NCBI RefSeq assembly: GCF_009914755.1
Contig: NC_060944.1
Strand: one strand, 5' to 3'
DNA from: the human T2T-CHM13v2.0 reference genome, Homo sapiens
DNA: 64,000 nucleotides
The first letter of the stretch is position 1, and every line of letters begins with the position of its first letter. The notes under the pieces were generated by a model. It did not search any database. It was given only the letters and a program-made list of their open reading frames with translations, and was not told the DNA's origin. This document shows, one piece after another, positions 14,431-26,279 of this stretch. Both the position numbers and the translations under genes were made by a program.

Positions 14431-16531
14431 TGTTATTGCTTGCATCCAAATACATCCTATCTCATCTAATGAGAAAAGGCCCTGCTCAAGGGCTTTTGCA
14501 GCTGTAGTTGGGCGCCGGAAGTGTCTTTGTGGTCATTTCTTACTCCATACACGGGGAGATCAAGGCTCAGACCAGGTAGTGTGACTGTGGACAACACTTT
14601 CCTTACCCCTCTGTGGCACTTAAATCAATGAAGCAGATTCACAGAAGCATGCATGCTCACTGAACACAGTATTTGCATTCCTACCTCCAAACCTTTGCTC
14701 CACCCATGCATCCAGTAAGAATGCCTACTTCCCTCCTCTCCTCCATCGAGTTCTTTCTTTGAGTTCTACCTTCCCTAGTCTTCCTCCACTGCACCAACCC
14801 ACAGTGATCCCTGTCTCTTCCAAATGCTTTGTAACATGGTAGGCATCACTCACTTGTGACTCATTGGACCATTTTAAAACTTGGTTTTCTGTGTCTCTTT
14901 TCCAACAAAATTACAAATTCTTTGAGGGTAAAAGTCAGGCCTAATAGTTCTCTGTACTCCTAGTAGTGCCAGTGTGGTAAAAATTTAACTTGACAATTAG
15001 CAAAACCAATAAATTCCTTACACTATTCTGTTCCTGTAGGTAATCAGTATATGAATATGGATTCCTATGTGATGATTTTCTGGTCTATTTTGTCCCTTTT
15101 TTTTTTTTGTTACTTTAACCAGGCCATAACATAAAGGTTATGCCATTTGTTACTGTCAAGCTTAATTAAGCCCATTATAATTCGTTAACCCCTGTGCTTG
15201 CTTTGTAATTAACATTGATTAACACAAACAAGTACAAAATAGGCCATCAGCACTTTCCAGAAGTGCTGATTACAATTACATTGGTAATTCAATACGGTAT
15301 AGAAGATGGCAGGATAGTAACTTGCACTCTGTTTACATAAGGAGACAAATGCTACCATGCAAAACTAAGCCAAGAAACAAAATACTTTCCTCATCCAACT
15401 CACTGATTAAACCCTTACCCTGTTAACTCACCCTATGACTGTGTAAACCTCCAGTAAGATTACTGAAGGCACAGCTCCAAGTAACTTGCTTAATTGCATT
15501 CCTGGGACAAAAGAGGGAAGCGCTTCAAAGCTGACAGACAGATGGTAGAGTGTCCAGTCACAGCAAAGCAGGCCCCGAGGCTCATGACAGACAACTCCAG
15601 GGCTGAGATCTCATTTGTAGCTCTGGGATAAAGTCCAGGGTTTGATGGCAGCAGGCTGAAGTGTAAAGATGCTCAGCAATGCGCACCCCAGAGACACTGA
15701 ATCTGAAAAGCTTAGAGTGAATAAAAATCTGGAAATGAACTCTGTCTGTCTATTCACCATTCCCCCCATAAAAAAATTCCTATATTCCGGATGGTGTTCA
15801 AGTTCCCTTTCCACAGGACCTCAGCAGTCAGAGAGGTGCTCCTGCAATCTATGTGAAGGAGAGTTCACCATGCCCACATGGGAATACAGTAGATTGCCAG
15901 TAGGGATGCCACACCTTTGCATTTCCTCGTATTTCCAGGAACAAAGCTGGGGTGCCTAGGAGCTGCAGCAGTTTTTCTTCTGTGTAAAATAAGCAAGCAG
16001 GACTCTGCCCCACTGCACTCCAGGGAAGGATTAAGAGAATTGATATCATCCAAATCAATTGGCCCTGTGCAGATGACTTGATAATGAGGCCATTGAGTTT
16101 TTATGGTTCACTATTATTGCTACAAAAATTATGCTGCAGAAATCATTCAAATGCTCAAAAAGGAGCATTAGTACGAAACTGGGTGTTCCAAAGTTGTTGC
16201 TGAGAGGTGTGTAATGTTCCTGAAGATCCCCAAGGCACTAAGACTTCTCTGTACATGAATGACTCATAGAGAAGAAATACACCAGATGAAAATATATGGA
16301 GAAGTTTGCCGAATGTCATATAACTTGTAAGTATTAGAGCCGAGGTCTGAACCCTGATATCTGTGTCCTTATAGCTCAGGGCTTTTCCTTCAGCCCCTCC
16401 TTCTCAGCAGAGATGTGTTGGAGAAATCACTAGAAATGGAAGAGCAGCTGTCAGAAGCAGAATTGAATGAAGTGATAGAGGAAAAACATACATGTTGATA
16501 CAAATGGTCAGCCTTAAGCAAGACTGTGACA

Positions 16532-16973
16532 TTGATGCAGCACAGGGAAGCCTCAAAATTGGGACTTAGCCCAGGAGGGCTCTTGGCTTCACCCAGGAAA
16601 GAATTCAAGGGTGAGCTGGTGGTGTTAGAATGCAACTATTACTGAAGTGGCAGTGTACGGCAGTAGCAGAGGCACTGCTCCTTGCGGAGCAGGGATACCC
16701 CAGAGGCACTGTGCCCAGAGTAGCAGCTCAGAGGCAGTTCTGCACTCATATTTATATCCACTTTTAATTACATGCAAATTAAGGGGTGGTTTATGCAGAA
16801 ATGTCTAGGAAAGTGTGGTAACTTCTGGGTTGTTGGGTTGTTGCCATGGAAAGGGGTGATAACTTCTGGATGTTGCCATGGCACACTGATGGGTGTGCCT
16901 TATGGAAAGCTGGTCCTCAATTTGGTCCAGTGTCTCAGCCCCACACTGGAGTTGAGTCCTGCCTTCTACCTCA
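16532..16973. mobile_element. ERV1 solo LTR (MER66-like)
   Basis: TGATGCAGCACAGG...CCCAGGAAAGAATTCAAGGG...CTACCTCA with TG/CA ends. Confidence 0.65.
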
Positions 16974-17114
16974 ACTTTGGTGACATTTGTCTTTGGTGGC
17001 CATAGCCTTTCTTTCTGCCATTATCAAGCACCATACCCAAGGTCTCATATCCATCCCAACAGGGTTGTAGACAGTCATTTGATCCTTTTCCTCAGCATCC
17101 TATTTTCTCTCCCT

Positions 17115-17117
<3 letters not shown>

Positions 17118-17148
<31 letters not shown>

Positions 17149-17170
17149 CTCTCTCTCTCTCTCTCTCTCT
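17118..17170. repeat. Compound (CA)n(CT)n microsatellite
   Basis: Directly visible. Confidence 0.95.
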
Positions 17171-17199
17171 GTTGTTGCTAGTATAAGGTACAACCAGAC

Positions 17200-18060
17200 T
17201 TTTTTTATCATTTATTTTTTAAAATAAGATGTGAAATACATTCAATGGTGCATATAAAGTGTACAAATATTAAATGTTCAACTGGATGAATTATTTCATA
17301 TGTATATACCCATGTAACCACCACAGATTCAGAATGTTTCTACCTTCCTAGAAAGCTCCCTGGAAGTACAGGCTTTTTATTTTAAAGTCAGGTGTATTGG
17401 GATATCAGTTTCATATAGTTATATTCAGAGTTCTTAGTGTACAGTTTTATGAGTTTTAACAAATACATACATTTGTGTAGCTACCAATATAGTCAAAATA
17501 TAGAACAGTATCATCACCCCAGAAATGTCCCTGCACCCCTTTGTAGTAAATCTCTCCTAGCCCCTGCCAACCACTAATCTGCTTTCTGTTCCTACAGTTT
17601 GTCTTTTATAGGATGTCATATAAATTGAATCATATATTTTGTGTCTGACTTCTTTCACTTAGTATAATACATTTGAGATTCATCCATGTTTCAATAGTTC
17701 CTTTTATTACTGAGTAGTATTTAATTTACCACGGTCTGTATGTCCATTCACAAGTTAAAGGACATTTGGGTGTTTCCAACTTTTGACAATTATGAAAAAA
17801 GCCACTACAAACATTCACATATAGGGTTTTGTTTGAACCTAAGTTTTCATTTCTTCTGGGCAAAAACCAAGGAAATCAAATTTCTTGGTCTATTCCAAGT
17901 ACATGTTTAACTCAGAAAAAAAAAAAAAAGCAAAAACATTCCCTGGAGTGGGTATACCATTTTGCATTTACACCAGCAATGTACAAGAATCTTCCTTCTC
18001 CATATTCTCACCAGCAGTTGGGATTGCCAATTTTTTAAAGTCATTTTACCAGGTGTGCAC
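17200..18060 (-). mobile_element. L1M (MB/MC/ME) 3' fragments
   Basis: TTTCACTTAGTATAATACATTTGAGATTCATCCATG, CATTTACACCAGCAATGTA. Confidence 0.75.
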
Positions 18061-18511
18061 AGATTTTTGAAGCTGCATAACATGTTCATAGATTTTATTG
18101 CCATCTTCAGAGAAGACTTAAGATCAGTCTTAAACATCTATTTATATAAGAGCAACTTGGCTCATACTAATTAGGCAGTTCATATTAACATTCCTAACTA
18201 GAGTTACTTTTACTTATTCAGTCAAATTGATTAGTTGTTTATATCTTAAGCAGTATCTATGCCAATTTCCCTAACACACTTAAAGGCAAAACTTCTGATT
18301 CACACCTGCTGCTGTCCTACAAGGTATGCCTGAAAGTTATGGCTCCTCACTTCTTTTTGGCACCTCTAAAACCCTCAACAACCTTCCCCTAATCACCCTT
18401 GTTTAGGTGTGTTTTCTGTACCAAGAAAATGAAACATCCCTCCAGCTTCTACGTTCAAAAATACATCTATCATGGAAATCCATTGGGGTGTCCCCATAAA
18501 AATACGTGTAT

Positions 18512-18513
<2 letters not shown>

Positions 18514-18566
<53 letters not shown>
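18514..18566. repeat. (CA)n microsatellite
   Basis: Long pure CA tract. Confidence 0.97.
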
Positions 18567-18572
<6 letters not shown>

Positions 18573-19490
18573 AAACACTGCTAGGCTGGAGAAGAAAAAA
18601 AATGCTTCATTTCAGTAAACAAATTACCACTCAGTGACTTGCTAGAAAATTCGACCACTTTCCTACTCAGTCCTCAATATGCACATGACCACACACTGCA
18701 ATTCTCTAGAAGTAACCACTGCCGATTTTTCTGTCTCAGTCAGAAGCATACATAGTCAGAAGCATACATAGTCAGAACCTGGTCTTCTCAGATTTGTCAT
18801 ACAAATTCCTCTTGGCCTGTTGCTACTTTCTGGATTTCATTGCTAATGCCTTATTCATTTGCATCAGCCTCTCTCATCTGCTGGTGCCAATAGGATGCTA
18901 TCTCCAATTAGACTGTAATACATGTGCTACTTCCTAAAATTACTTATGTCCCTCCTTCCCTGCACCCACCCCACCAGCTATTTCTGTCTGTATCATTCCC
19001 AAACAGGTGAACATACTGGACATCTCAGCTGCATATTTTAATTTTTTAAACTTTATTATTTACTTTAAATAATACATGCAAAAGGACAAAAAGGTACAAA
19101 AAAGTCCTAGAGCTAGCAGTCTCTCTCCCATTCCCTTCCCTAGCTCTTCAGTTCTCTTGCTCAGAGGCAACTCCTGTTACCAGTGTCTTGTGCCATTCCA
19201 GAAAGAGAGATTTTATCTACTTACAGACATATCATCTTGATATTTTTATTCTTTGCACAGATGGTAACAAGCAATAACAACCTTTTAGAAACTTGTTTCA
19301 CATAAAATCAGTATTTTGTAAAGCATTTCATTTCACTATATCTGGGTATTCTACATGTATACCTCAATAGATTTGACTCATTCTTTTTAAGAGTTGTGTA
19401 ATATTCAATGTTGTGTACATAACATGATTTATCAAAAACTTTCAAGTATCTAAAGTAAAGATTTAGTGGCTTAAAGAAGATAGAAGTTCA

Positions 19491-19788
19491 GGCTGGGCAC
19501 AGTGGCTCATGCCTATAATCCCAGCACTTTGGGAGGCAAGATCACTTGATGTTAGGAGTTTGAGACCAGCCTGGCCAACATGATGAAACCCTATCTCTAT
19601 TAAAAATACAAAAATTAGCCAGGGATGGTGGCGCGGACTTGTAATCCCAGCTACTCAGGAAGCTGAGGCAGGGCAATGCTTGAACCCGAGAGGTGGAGGT
19701 TGCAGAGAGCCAGGATCGCGCCGCCACTGCACTCCAGCCTGGGCGACAGTGTGAGACTCCATCTCAAGAAAAAAAAAAAAAGGAAAAA
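19491..19788 (+). mobile_element. AluS, small left-arm deletion
   Basis: TSD AAAGAAGATAGAAGTT. Confidence 0.9.
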
Positions 19789-20238
19789 AAAAGAAGATAG
19801 AAGTTTATTTTGTGTACAAAATGAGCAGAGTTGGGGTAACTCAGGACTGCTGTAGGCAGCTATAGTCTCCAAAACTGAAGCTCTTTCTGTCTCATTGTTG
19901 TTCTGTTCTTGGTGTATGGCTGTCTTCTCGCATTGGAAAATGGCTGCTTAAGCTCCGGGCTTCACTTCTACATTTCAGCCAGGGGAAAACCAACATGTTC
20001 CCTCATGAGAAAGACACCTCCCAACTTTCAGTTATATCTCATTTTACAAAACACACAAGGGAGGATAGAAAATGTAGTCATAATTCAGGGAACCTATTAC
20101 AAATTTGGGACTCTATTAAGAAGGAAGAAAGGGAGAATGAATATTGGGGTATAACAGTTAGTTTCTGCCCAGAATTGTTGCCTATCTTTTGTTCTTACCT
20201 AAAGTGCTGAAGTAGGTTTTCTTTGAGTGCAACATTTC

Positions 20239-20570
20239 TTTTTTTCTTTTTCTTTTCTTTCTTTTTTGTTTTTTTGAGACGGAGTCTCGCTCTGTCATCC
20301 AGGCTGGAGTGCAGTGGCGTGATCTCAGCTGACTGCAACCTCCGCCTCCTAGGTTCAAGCAATTCTCCTGCCTTGGCCTCCTGAGGAGCTGAGACCACAG
20401 GTGCAGGCCACAGATGTGGGCCACCATGCCCAGCTAATTTTTTGTATTTTTGGTAGCAACGGGGTTTCACCATGTTGGCCAGGCTGGTCTCGAACTCCTG
20501 ATGTAAGTGATCTGCCTGCCTTGGCCTCCCAAAGTGCTAGGATTACAGGTGTGAGCCAATGCACCTGGCC
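20239..20570 (-). mobile_element. AluS
   Basis: TSD TTGAGTGCAACATTTC at 20223 and 20571. Confidence 0.92.
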
Positions 20571-21060
20571 TTGAGTGCAACATTTCACACTGTGTGGGGA
20601 GTCCATAGAATTTCTGGGTTACAGGGTATGTGCCTTTTAATTTTCATGGATGTTATTACCAAGTGCCATTTATTGACAAGGTACCAGTTCACATCCTTAC
20701 CAACGTTATAAGAAAGTGCCTGTTTCCCCACGCCCTCAGTAGTCCTGAATTGTAGTCACACTTTTTTTATCTTTACCAATATGAGGGTTAAAATGTGGTA
20801 TCCCAAATGGTGTTAATGGGACTGACTTAATAGGACTCCCTCTTACTTTTTAGTGAAGTTGTCAAATGTCTAGGAACCATTTGTATTTCCTTATCTCTGA
20901 ACTGTTTTCATCACTTGCCCATTTGTTCACTGGATTACTTTCTTGTAACTCTGTAGAAATAATTTATAAATCTGGAAAAGTAGCATTTTCTGTGGCATTT
21001 GTTATAATTTTTCCCACAGTTTTGGCTGTTTTTTGTGTTCTTGTTTCCAGATTTCTGTTG

Positions 21061-21903
21061 TTCAAAGAAGTAAACTGCTGGGCACAGTGGCTCACGCCTG
21101 CAATCCTACCACTTTGGGAGGCTGAGGCAAGCAGATCACTTGAGATCAGAAGTTTGAAACCAGCCTGGCCAACATGATGAAACCCCATCTCTACTAAAAT
21201 ATAAAAATTAGCCTCGCATGGTGACACAAGCCTTTAATCCCAGCTACTCTGGAGGCTGAGGCACAAAAATCGCTTGAACCCAGGAGGCAGAGACTCCAAT
21301 AAGCTAAGATGGCGCCACTGCACCCCAGCCTGTGAGACAGAGCAAGAGTCTATCTCAAAAATAGATAAATAAATAAATAAATAAATAAACCTTTATTTTC
21401 TTGTTTCATAAATAAAGCTGACTGAGTTGGTTGGTCTTTAGTGATCAGTCAAAAAGACCAAATCCCACATCCTTATTCAACTCCTCCAGCCCTTCCTTTG
21501 CTTCAACCTCGGCTGGGGAAGCAACCACCAATGCAGCCGGATCAACAAAGAAGACCTTGACCTTCTCATGGCGGGGGAAGGTGAACTCAGTCTCCATAGA
21601 CAAAGCCAGGACCTTCTTGTACCCACTGATGATAGACAAGGAACTGACATCACAGGTGGATACCCAGTCGGCATGCACATGGTGGCAACATGGCAGACAC
21701 CCTCCAGGAAGCGAGAGTGCAGTTTCCTCTGTAATATCAAGCACTTTGGGTGGTAGGTGTTGCCGTTGGCAAGCGCCTGCTGGGTGATCAGCCAAAGGAG
21801 AAGGTGAAGGGAAGTATGTCAGCACCTTCAGCAGCATGGCTTCACTGGCGGCCACTTTGTCTCCAGTCTTAATCAGCTGCACGTCACTCAGGATTTCCAT
21901 GGT
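21061..21903 (-). pseudogene. RPLP0: RPLP0 (60S acidic ribosomal protein P0) processed pseudogene, 5'-truncated, Alu inserted near 3' end; probably RPLP0P1
   Basis: Intronless peptides EILSDVQLIKTGDKV, VLDITEET, LHSRFLEGV (other frame), GYKKVLALS and terminal GFGLFD match P0; frameshifts; 3'UTR with AATAAA (TTTATT at 21392-21397 on +); candidate TSD GATTTCT at 21050 and 21904. Confidence 0.93.
21077..21389 (+). mobile_element. AluS with (AAAT)n tail, in RPLP0 pseudogene 3' end
   Basis: Full dimer; tail abuts the pseudogene polyA signal. Confidence 0.9.
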
Positions 21904-22401
21904 GATTTCTTTGTGTAGTTGAATTTATCCCTTTTAAAAAATTGCTTGTGGGTTTTGTGACATTTTTAGGAAGGCACTTCCCATCTCAACATTATAAAAT
22001 AAATTCTCATGTGGTTTTCTTTTTGTGGTAATAATAATTATGAAGAGGCTCCAACCTGATTTATTTTAACATGACTTCTGGTTATCCTGGCCCCACTGAA
22101 TCATCCATCTTCCCTCAGTGACTTGATATCTTGGCTGCATCTTAAAAAGAAGGCAGCAGTTCCTTTCCACTTAAAATGAGTACATCTTAATTCCACTTTC
22201 TATTTGATATATCTTGTGTGTCACTTATATTATTCATTACACTTTAGAGTTACATATTGCAGTGTATCCAGTTTGCCAATGAAGATAGCTAAGCACTGAG
22301 AGATTCAAGCATTCAGACTCACCTGGTCGCAGCCTAGATACTGAACCATGTAATGCTAAACCTCAGGGAGTTGTTGGGAAAGGAATTCAACCTTTGGACA
22401 T

Positions 22402-22784
22402 TGTTATGGGCCAGATTGTGCTCTCCACCCCCGAACCCTCATTCATATGTTGAAGTCCTAACCTCAGAATGTGACTGTATTTAGAGATAATCTTTAAAGA
22501 TGTAATGAAGTTAAAATGAGGTTACAACAGTGGGTCTTCACCCAGTATACTGGTGTCACAGGAAGAAGAAATTAGGACACAGGTGTGTAAAAAGGGAAGA
22601 CCATGTGAAGACACAGGCAGAAGACAGCTATCTACAAGCCAAGGAGAGAGGTTTGTAGATCCTGCTGCCACCTAATGCCTAATCTTCAGGAATCTCACCT
22701 CCAGTATTGTGGGCAAATAAATTTCTGTTGTTTAAACCACCCAGTCTGTGGTACTTTGTTATGGCAGCCTAGTAAATTAATACA
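22402..22784. mobile_element. MLT1B/C MaLR LTR
   Basis: TGTTATGG...AATAAATTTCTGTTGTTTAAACCACCCAGTCTGTGGTACTTTGTTATGGCAGCC...TAATACA. Confidence 0.8.
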
Positions 22785-22855
22785 GAGGTACACAGACCTG
22801 GCCGAATCAATTAAAGGTCTCTGGCTGCAAGCATTAGACATCTAGTCAGGTCCAG

Positions 22856-23260
22856 TGTCTTAGTCCTGTTTGCTGAGTCTGCTATGGAGATCTGCATGCA
22901 GCAGGTGCATTGGGAGTGCTCACCGCAGCAATACCTGTAGGGGAGTAAAGGAGGCTGGGAAAGGGAGAAGTTGAATGTGATGTAATTGCAGCAGAGGTCT
23001 CAATTGATCCTAGGAGGAGCTCTGGAGCTGGGATGGCCCTTCAGGGTTGTCCAGATTGAGGCAAGGCTGGACCGTTGTCCCCCAGCAGACTTTCCCCTAG
23101 AAGAGGGTCCAAACTTGGGCGAGGAAGCTCTGTGTGGCTGAGGGCAAGTGCTGAGAGAGACTCAGCAGTGAGCCATCAGCAGCCAATGCTGTTGGCAGCT
23201 GGAGAATGAGTATCTTTGTCCTGGAGTGGGATCTGGGTAGAGCACGCCTGCAACCACCAC
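22856..23260. mobile_element. LTR16-like ERVL LTR
   Basis: GGAGCTCTGGAGCTGGGATGGCCCTTCAG motif. Confidence 0.55.
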
Positions 23261-24092
23261 TCCCACCTAAGAAGAGGGATAGATATGTGGGATGGGATGG
23301 GTATGTGGGAAACTTGCAGCATGGAGGGACATCTTGAAGGAGTGGGCCTCAGGACGGACATGGCCCAATGCAACATGGGGAGTGGGAAGGCAGGAACAGA
23401 ATGGACAGTTTCTCTAGCCAAAAACCACTGAAATAGATCAACTCCAATCATCATTATCCCGTTCCCTTCAACATTCAGATTCCAGGAAAGAGAGAGAGTC
23501 TACCTAGCCTGACTTTGGTCACCTACTTGCCCTTTGGACAGAACGGGGCCTGGCACTTTGACTGACAGTCCCCAGAAGGCTGCACAATGTGGGGGAAGGG
23601 TGGTTCCCAAAAGACCAATTGAGATGTCATCACTAGATGAAAGGGGATGGACACTGGGCAGGCGAAAACAACTCATGTCCATTGGGCAGGCCAGCTGCGT
23701 TGGAATCTCAGTTTTAGGTGACTTTGGGCAAATAGTTTGAGCTCATAAAACTTCAGGTGCTTCATATGTAAAATATAAATAGTACTACCAACCTCAGAGG
23801 ATTTTTCAGGCTTAAATAATATATCAATATCTACCTATATGTAAGTGTGTACATATATATGTGTATATGTACACATAAACAAATTATGCATATATTCACA
23901 TATATTCATGCACATAATATGTAGATGTATATGATCCCTATAAATTGAGAGCTTCCACTTATTTGATTTATGTCTATGGCTCCTAGGACTTCATTAAATT
24001 TTTTCTATAATGTTATCCATATGCATTTTCCATTCCCATCCCTTCTTGAGAACAGGAGAAGCATTTAATGTGTCTTTTTGAGTGTGCTAATT

Positions 24093-24380
24093 GGCTGGGT
24101 GTGTTGGCTCATGCCTGTAATCCCTGCAATTTAAGGGGCTGATATGGGAGGATCACTTAAGGCCAGGAGTTTGAGACCAGCCTGGGTAACATAGAGAGAA
24201 CTACCTCTAAACAAAATTTAAAAATTATCCAGGCATGGTGGCACACACCTGTAGTCCCAGCTACTTGGGACACTAAGGCAGGAGGATAGCTTAAGCCCAG
24301 AAGATACACACTTCAGTGAGCTATGATCCTGTCACTGCACTCCAGGGTGACACAGCAAGACTTTGTCTCAAAAAAAAAAA
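24093..24380 (+). mobile_element. AluJ
   Basis: Diverged dimer with A-tail. Confidence 0.85.
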
Positions 24381-24483
24381 GTGTGAATTCCCAAACTCTA
24401 GTTCTGGAATATCTTAGAAACACCGTTTCGCTTCATAGAGAGAACTGGGAAAGTGAAAAGTTTCACAATTTTATATTCTTCAT

Positions 24484-24759
24484 TATTATTATTATTATTA
24501 TGAGACAGAGTCTCATTCTGCCACCCAGGCTGGAGTGCAGTGGCACGATCTTGGCTCACTGCAACCTCTGCCTCCCAGGTTCAAGTGATTATCCGTGCCT
24601 CAGCCTCCTGAGTGTCTGGGATTACAGGCATGTGCCACCACGCTCAGCTAATTTTTGTATTTTAGAGATGTCCAAGTCTCGAACTCCTGACCTCAGGCAA
24701 TCCGCCTGCCTCGGCCTCCCAAGTGCTGGGATTACAGGCATGAGCCACTGCGCCCGGCC
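24484..24759 (-). mobile_element. AluS with (ATT)n tail and internal deletion
   Basis: TSD TATATTC(T/C)TCATT at 24471 and 24760. Confidence 0.88.
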
Positions 24760-24934
24760 TATATTCCTCATTTTGGATGTGGGGGTGTATATGATTTTAC
24801 ATTTAGAAAAATAAATAAAATAAATAAAAATAAAAATAGTCAAGAGTGGAATGAAAAAACCAAAAGGAGAGTGTGCCCTGTATGTCATCTGCCTGCTGGG
24901 AGGTGTGCAGGCAGAACCGTCTCATGGTTTCTCA

Positions 24935-24948
24935 ACAGCAGGTGGCGC
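24935..24948 (+). promoter_or_regulatory. Candidate CTCF site
   Basis: ACAGCAGGTGGCGC vs core CCASYAGRKGGCRS, one mismatch; CpGs retained nearby. Confidence 0.5.
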
Positions 24949-26279
24949 GAGGCAGGGGATAGTCCGGGCTGAGGATGTCGAAGGCTACCCCAAAAATGTC
25001 AGAGGCCAGTGAAAGTTCCAGAATGGAGTACGCAGCCCCATTTCTTTGTTTGCTTATTTTCGAGAGAGATGTTTATCATGATGCTAGGGAAAACTTGAAT
25101 AGAGAAGAGGTGGTAAGGAGAGAGTGGGGTGGCATTTTCTTCCATACATCTATTTTCAAAAAGGATCCGATTCCAGCAACAAAGTGTCGACTTCACTCCT
25201 CCACAGCCACCAAGAAGAACGGCTTCTGTGGACACTTCCCAGCTTGCAAATGTTTCCTCTCCGAGGTCACACAAATAGCTGATACATCCATTTCCCTGAA
25301 ATAAATGCCATCATGGAGGTCTTCTTGTAGCTGTCAGAGGTTATGAGCAGTGTTGATGGAGTGGGGTAATGACATTGCAAAGTGATTGAAAGGGTTTAGC
25401 ATGTGATTTCCTATTTGGTTCAGACAAAATAAAACCATTATCTGTGCTTCATCTTTTTTAAAGAGATTGTTTCCTGAGCTCTTTCGTGCTTGAAGCCTGT
25501 TGCAGCACCCAGGGACAATATTAGCCTGTCACAATTATAGATCAGTTCATCACCACAGTCAGCCTCCAATCTCCTTGAACTCTTTCCAGAGGAAATGACT
25601 TTTCTGGGTCTGTATTATCCCCGGGTATGTCGACTTTTGAAAAAGATGTTGCTGCAATCATTCATTTAACTGTGGAGAGCTGTCTGACAGCACAGACCCA
25701 GGCACATTGGCGAATTTGCTGGTAGATGCCTATGAGCAACCAAGACCTCCATTAGCTCATGTGTCAAGGGAAAGCAGACACTTGGACATGTGGATGCAGT
25801 GGGGGCAGCAGCTTGCTTGAATGGGTTATAGATAGACTTGATGTTGAAGGGATTAGGGGTTCCCTAGTGCCTTTCTTATCTGTTACTAAACTATGCCTGA
25901 ATCAGTGAACTCACGTGGCCAGGCCACAGTGAGTGTTCAGGAGGGCTGTCAGTATCCTCTCTCACACACTTTTACTCCCTGCTAATGCAGGAAGCTATCT
26001 CATTAATGTTCTGGCTCGCAATCCCACTTCACTCAACAACAGCCTGTCACCAGACCTATTACCTGATTTTCAGGTGTTAGATTGCTAGCTCTACAATGCA
26101 AAGGGATTTCCATCCCAGGGACTTTCTAAGCATCAGGCTTTAACTCAGCCTCCACACAAGGGATAGAAGAAGATCCCATGGCCCAGAATGAAAATAAATC
26201 ATTTTCATAGGTGAATGCAGCAAATGTATATAGACATCAATTTACCTGTTGATGCTTTTTAAAAAAATAAAAAATATAA

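Noticed and set aside
18738-18777. 16-bp tandem duplication AGTCAGAAGCATACAT
   Set aside because: Ordinary slippage duplication; not an array with spacers.
24975-25304. 109-aa ATG ORF in unique sequence
   Set aside because: No recognisable domain or splice structure; length compatible with chance.
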